Source: Gammaproteobacteria bacterium (GTDB lineage Bacteria > Pseudomonadota > Gammaproteobacteria > UBA4575). Taken from it: 64,000 nt of DNA. The translations under genes were made by a program, and so were the position numbers. The notes under the pieces are model-generated. The model did no database searches. It was not told the origin of the DNA and saw only the letters and a program-made list of their open reading frames with translations. The stretch spans positions 992,001 through 1,056,000 of the forward strand of contig CBDEUS010000002.1 of assembly GCA_965243395.1 (NCBI GenBank). The letters are read 5' to 3'. Below, piece after piece: positions 59,354 to 64,000 of this stretch (its first letter is position 1; every line of letters starts with the position of its first letter).

Positions 59354-60283
59354 GTGAATACAACTCCCGTCATTTGTGTAATGGGTCCTACTGCAAGTGG
59401 TAAGACGGATCTTGCGCTTACCATTGCAGATGAGTTTCCTTGTGATTTGATTAGTGTAGATTCAGTGATGGTGTATCGTGACTTGAATATTGGCTCAGCG
59501 AAGCCAAGTAAAGAAGTGTTACAAAAATATCCACACCAGTTAATTGATATTTTGGGCCCTGAAGAAAGTTATTCGGTCGCAAATTTTTGTAAGGATGCTT
59601 TAAATTTAATAAAAGAGTCACATAGTAAGAATAGAATCCCGCTTTTAGTGGGTGGCACGATGCTCTATTTCAATGCACTGCTTCATGGCTTATCTGATAT
59701 GCCAAGTGCCAATGAAGAGGTAAGAAAAAAAATTACCGAGCGTGCGAATGAAAAAGGTTGGGACTATTTACATGCACAACTTGTAAAAGTTGACCCGCAA
59801 GCTGCATCAAGAATTCATCCTAATGATCCTCAGCGCATTCAACGTGCGATGGAGGTGTACGAATTAACAGGTACACCTTTAAGTGAATGGCATGCTGAAG
59901 AGAAATCAATACAATTTCCTTATGAGGTGTTAAAACTTGCATTGATCCCCAATGACCGAGCAATGTTACATCAACAAATCGAGCGAAGATTTGATCAAAT
60001 GTTGCAAGCCGGGTTCATGGAAGAAATGCAGCAGCTATATGAGCGTACATCGTTGCATGCTGATTTGCCCTCAATGCGTTCGGTTGGTTATCGACAAGCA
60101 TGGAAGTATCTCGACGGAGAGTATGATGCAGAAACAATGAGAGAGAAGGCAATAATAGCTACAAGACAATTTGCAAAGCGTCAGCTTACTTGGTTACGTG
60201 GTGAAGCAGATTTAATTACGATTTTGGCTGAAAAGCCTGATATTCATGACATTCGTCAAGAAATTCACAGACTTTTAGCGTAG
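59354..60283 (+). CDS. miaA: tRNA dimethylallyltransferase
   Basis: GPTASGKT, SVDS, VGGTMLY and KRQLTW. Confidence 0.97.
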   Translation: MNTTPVICVMGPTASGKTDLALTIADEFPCDLISVDSVMVYRDLNIGSAKPSKEVLQKYPHQLIDILGPEESYSVANFCKDALNLIKESHSKNRIPLLVGGTMLYFNALLHGLSDMPSANEEVRKKITERANEKGWDYLHAQLVKVDPQAASRIHPNDPQRIQRAMEVYELTGTPLSEWHAEEKSIQFPYEVLKLALIPNDRAMLHQQIERRFDQMLQAGFMEEMQQLYERTSLHADLPSMRSVGYRQAWKYLDGEYDAETMREKAIIATRQFAKRQLTWLRGEADLITILAEKPDIHDIRQEIHRLLA

Positions 60284-60386
60284 CTGAATGGGTGCTGAAA
60301 CTGCTACACTAAGGGGGCAATGAGAGTCAAGCATTTTCTTGAATGTTCATTGTGATAATAAAAATAACAAAACTAGAGGTGCAGCA

Positions 60387-60623
60387 ATGTCAAAAGGTCA
60401 GACTTTACAGGAACCCTTTCTAAATGCTTTGCGAAAAGAAAAAGTCCCCGTATCAATCTATTTAGTGAATGGAATCAAGCTCCAAGGTCAAGTGGATTCA
60501 TTCGATCAATTTGTAGTGTTACTAAAAAATAGTGTCAATCAAATGGTATATAAGCATGCCATTTCTACCATAGTACCATCTCGTATGGTGAAGATGCCGA
60601 TGACGGATGAACAGCCTGAATAA
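60387..60623 (+). CDS. hfq: RNA chaperone Hfq (start ATG 60387)
   Basis: [13 protein letters not shown]...[10 protein letters not shown]. Confidence 0.98.
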   Translation: MSKGQTLQEPFLNALRKEKVPVSIYLVNGIKLQGQVDSFDQFVVLLKNSVNQMVYKHAISTIVPSRMVKMPMTDEQPE

Positions 60624-60661
60624 TCTGTTATACAAAAAAATTAGTTCTATAGGACGTTTTC

Positions 60662-61948
60662 TTGTTTGAGCGTCCAGACATTGGCCAGCGTGCCATTCTT
60701 GTGCACGTAAAATTTAATGGATCAGCAAACAACCAAGACTTGGGTGAGTTCAAGGATCTTGTTCGTTCTACTGGGGCAGAAATTGCCACAATAGTTACTG
60801 TGCAACGTAGCTCACCTGATGCAAAACTATTGATCGGCAGTGGCAAGGTTGAAGAAATTGGCAAACTTGCTTATTCGCTTGATGCGGATATTGTAATTTT
60901 TAATTATGAATTATCTCCTAGCCAAGAACGTAACTTAGAAAAAATTTGTCATAAACGAGTGCTTGACCGTACAGGATTGATCTTAGATATCTTTGCGCAA
61001 CGTGCGAGATCCTATGAAGGTAAGTTGCAAGTTGAGCTTGCACAACTAAAATATTTATCAACACGTTTGGTTCGAGGCTGGAGTCACTTGGAACGCCAGA
61101 AGGGTGGTATTGGATTACGTGGTCCAGGCGAAAAGCAATTAGAATCAGATAGACGCTTGTTACGTGCGCGTATCAAACAAATATCAAAACGTTTAGATAA
61201 GTTACGACAACAGCGTGATCAAAGCAGGGCTGCTCGCAGGAAAACAACGACTCCAACCGTTGCAATGGTAGGGTACACTAACGCGGGGAAGTCGACCTTG
61301 TTTAACCGAATGACAGAATCTACGGTTTATTCTGCAGATAAATTATTTGCAACGTTAGATCCAACATTACGGCGTATGCAAATTTCTAAAAGCCAGCATA
61401 TTGTGTTGGCAGATACGGTAGGATTTATTCAAGATTTACCACATGACTTGATCGAAGCGTTTCATGCAACCTTGCAAGAAACTCAAGAGGCTGATGTGCT
61501 TTTGCATATCGTTGATGCAAGTGACCCAAACCGTGATAATAATATTGAGCAAGTGCAGGCAGTGTTGAAACAGATCAACGCATTAGATGTACCACAAATA
61601 ATGGTATTCAATAAAATTGATCAAATTGATATGTTGCCGAATGTAGATTTGGATGAACATGGCCGGATTCGGCATGTATGGATGTCTGCCATAAGCGGTG
61701 AAGGTGAGGAGCTTTTAAATCAAGCGCTCAGACAATATTTCGAACATAAAGTAGAGCGTGTTTGGTTGCATATGCCCCCAACGGAAGGAGGATTACGCAG
61801 CGAACTGTATGGCCGTGGCGTAGTCTTACAAGAGTCAGTTGATGATAAAGGCTATTGGTTGATGGAAGCAGAAATTCCTTTAAATATACTTAAAAAGTTT
61901 GCGGAATTTAAAATTCCTGAAGAAACTGTACAACAAGCTAGTATATAA
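60662..61948 (+). CDS. hflX: GTPase HflX
   Basis: GYTNAGKST, LFATLDPT, DTVGFI and NKID. Confidence 0.97.
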   Translation: MFERPDIGQRAILVHVKFNGSANNQDLGEFKDLVRSTGAEIATIVTVQRSSPDAKLLIGSGKVEEIGKLAYSLDADIVIFNYELSPSQERNLEKICHKRVLDRTGLILDIFAQRARSYEGKLQVELAQLKYLSTRLVRGWSHLERQKGGIGLRGPGEKQLESDRRLLRARIKQISKRLDKLRQQRDQSRAARRKTTTPTVAMVGYTNAGKSTLFNRMTESTVYSADKLFATLDPTLRRMQISKSQHIVLADTVGFIQDLPHDLIEAFHATLQETQEADVLLHIVDASDPNRDNNIEQVQAVLKQINALDVPQIMVFNKIDQIDMLPNVDLDEHGRIRHVWMSAISGEGEELLNQALRQYFEHKVERVWLHMPPTEGGLRSELYGRGVVLQESVDDKGYWLMEAEIPLNILKKFAEFKIPEETVQQASI

Positions 61949-62029
61949 GCTGACTTTTTCTATTGTCTTGATAGAATGTGACCTTCGTGTCGAATAAAAA
62001 TTAACCCGTAACTATTTCTGGAGAACAAT

Positions 62030-63175
62030 ATGCCTTGGAACAGCCCAGGCGATGACAATAAAGACAAAGATCCATGGGGTCAGAATTCTGGTAATCAAGG
62101 TCCTCCTGACCTTGATGATGTTTTTCGTAACCTAAGCAAAAAATTTGGCGGAATTTTTGGTGGTGGATCGTCATCTGGTGGTTCTGGATCAGACGGTAAA
62201 CCAATTTTGCTGTTCATACTTGTTGCTGCAATTGCGTTATGGGGTTTATACGACAAGTTTGGCTTTTATGTAGTTAAGCAAGCGGAAAGGGGTGTGGAGT
62301 TACGCTTTGGAGAGTTTCAGGAAATTACCAGCGCGGGTTTGAATTGGCATCTGCCTTTCCCAATAGAAACTGTTGAAATAGTAAACGTTGATGAAGTTCG
62401 TGAAGTATCAAATCGAACTTCTATGCTGACTCAAGATGAAAATATTGTAGAAGTTTCTTTAGAGGCTCAATATAAAATTGGTGATGCTAAAGACTATGTT
62501 TTTAATGTTCGTGATCCTGATCAGACCGTCAAAGATGCTATGGAGAGTGCATTACGCGAGATTGTCGGAAAAAGTAATATTGACTTTGTATTGTTTGAAG
62601 GACGCGCACAAATTTCTAGCGTTACAAGAGAATTACTACAAGAAATACTAGATAGCTATACATCTGGAATTTTTATTCAAAAAGTAAACTTAGAAAGATC
62701 GGTTCCGCCTGACGAAGTTAAAGCAGCGTTTGATGATGCGATTAAGTCTCGTGAAGATTACAATCGCTTTATCAAAGAAGCTGAAGCTTATGCGAACAGC
62801 ATACTTCCTCAAGCTCGTGGTGAAGCTGCAAGGTTGCTGCAAGAAGCGGACGCTTACAGAGATCGTGTTATTGCAAACTCTGAAGGTGAGGCAAAAAGAT
62901 TTTTAAAACTTCTAGCGGAATATGAAAAGGCACCTGACGTCACTCGTGAACGTTTATATTTAGAATCACTTGAATCTGTATACATGAACAGCAATAAAGT
63001 GTTAATGGATGTTGAGGGAGGAAATAACTTTTTATATCTACCTCTTGACCAAATAATAAAACAACGTGCTTTGACAAGTCCTCTTAGTTCTTCAAATGAC
63101 TCGTTTACCAGCGATAACTTTGGTTTAAGTAATCAACCATCAAATCCTGACAATACTGGAAGACAAGGACGTTAA
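62030..63175 (+). CDS. hflK: FtsH protease modulator HflK
   Basis: MPWN..G..DPWG..GPPDLD; SPFH domain; APDVTRERLY. Confidence 0.96.
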   Translation: MPWNSPGDDNKDKDPWGQNSGNQGPPDLDDVFRNLSKKFGGIFGGGSSSGGSGSDGKPILLFILVAAIALWGLYDKFGFYVVKQAERGVELRFGEFQEITSAGLNWHLPFPIETVEIVNVDEVREVSNRTSMLTQDENIVEVSLEAQYKIGDAKDYVFNVRDPDQTVKDAMESALREIVGKSNIDFVLFEGRAQISSVTRELLQEILDSYTSGIFIQKVNLERSVPPDEVKAAFDDAIKSREDYNRFIKEAEAYANSILPQARGEAARLLQEADAYRDRVIANSEGEAKRFLKLLAEYEKAPDVTRERLYLESLESVYMNSNKVLMDVEGGNNFLYLPLDQIIKQRALTSPLSSSNDSFTSDNFGLSNQPSNPDNTGRQGR

Positions 63176-63177
63176 TT

Positions 63178-64000
63178 ATGAATAGTAAAGTAGTAATTGC
63201 CATTATCGCACTCCTAATTGTTGGTTTTTTTAGTTTTACCTTTCAAGTAGATCAGCGTGAAACTGGAATAAAATTAAAGTTTGGTAAAGTTGACAAAGCT
63301 AATCTAAAGCCAGGCTTACATTTTAAAATTCCGATTATGAATACAATCGAAAAATATGATAATCGAATTCTGACTTTGGATGCGCCACCCACTGAATTCC
63401 CAACAAATGAGAAAAAATATGTAATTGTTGATTTTTTTGTCAAGTGGCGAATTGATGATGTTGAAAAATATTATTTGGCAACAGGTGGCCAAGAATCCAG
63501 GGCCAATCAGCGTTTAGAGTTAATTTTAGTAGATGGTTTGAAAAATGAGTTTGGAACACGCACGATTCAAGAAGTTGTCTCAGGTGAACGTGCAGAAATT
63601 ATGGATGTGATACAAGTTCAGTCAAATCGAGAAGCAAAGAATTTTGGGATTAAAGTAGTAGATGTTCGTGTCAGTAAAATTGATCTTCCTGAAACGGTTA
63701 GTGACTCAGTGTTTAAGAATATGCGTGCTGAGCGTGATCGAGTAGCGAAAGATTTTCGTGCTCGTGGTCGGGAGCAAGCTGAAGTCATCAGAGCCACAGC
63801 AGACAAAGAACGTACTGTCATTTTGGCAAATGCTTATAAAGAAGCAGAGCAAGTACGTGGTGAAGGTGATGCGCAGTCAGCAAAAATCTATGCTGATGCA
63901 TTTACTAAAAATGAAGAGTTTTACAGTTTTACAAGAAGTTTAAAAGCCTATACGAACACGTTTCATCAAAATAGTAATAATGTGTTAATTCTAGAACCAG
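63178..64000 (+). CDS. hflC: FtsH protease modulator HflC (3'-truncated by window edge)
   Basis: ATG at 63178; TM anchor, PGLHFKIP and MRAERDRVAKDFRARG; follows hflK. Confidence 0.93.
   Translation, partial: MNSKVVIAIIALLIVGFFSFTFQVDQRETGIKLKFGKVDKANLKPGLHFKIPIMNTIEKYDNRILTLDAPPTEFPTNEKKYVIVDFFVKWRIDDVEKYYLATGGQESRANQRLELILVDGLKNEFGTRTIQEVVSGERAEIMDVIQVQSNREAKNFGIKVVDVRVSKIDLPETVSDSVFKNMRAERDRVAKDFRARGREQAEVIRATADKERTVILANAYKEAEQVRGEGDAQSAKIYADAFTKNEEFYSFTRSLKAYTNTFHQNSNNVLILEP

Noticed and set aside
1-64000. tRNA, rRNA, transposase, integrase or prophage genes; the many short antisense ORFs in the track
   Set aside because: None recognised by eye (tRNAscan and Rfam not run); the short ORFs overlap well-supported genes and lack motifs.

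Overview
AT-rich gammaproteobacterial chromosome segment, mostly housekeeping: sucCD-nadE, bamD/rluD-pgeF-clpB, proS, dapA-bamC, xseB-ispA-dxs, rubrerythrin-FeS oxidoreductase-DUF3501, fdhD, radA, ffh-rpsP-rimM-trmD-rplS, htpG, pcnB-folK-dgk-panBC, pgi, queG/nnr-tsaE-amiB...mutL-miaA-hfq-hflXKC. The main unexplained structure is a 1.9-kb insert between pgeF and clpB (5737-7611). It holds four short, co-oriented orphan membrane-protein genes, each delimited by a 28-bp imperfect palindrome (ATGTCCGCTWW-N6-WWAGCGGACAT, 11-6-11 geometry like dif sites, not attC). Every gene's stop codon overlaps a site. The array is bracketed by inverted ~55-bp end elements, each carrying two ANGGAN-loop hairpins. 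A near-identical end element (56/59 nt) plus a sixth 28-bp site recurs at 54946-55049 beside an ArsI/CadI-like + SigZ-like module. No recombinase or transposase is encoded in the window, so this looks like a trans-mobilised, non-integron gene-cassette system (inference). Also present: three ~120-130-bp palindromic MITE-like elements, ICE/PerR-like boxes at the rubrerythrin promoter, two small proteins missed by the ORF track, and paralogous FHA proteins with an Arg-rich N-terminal motif.
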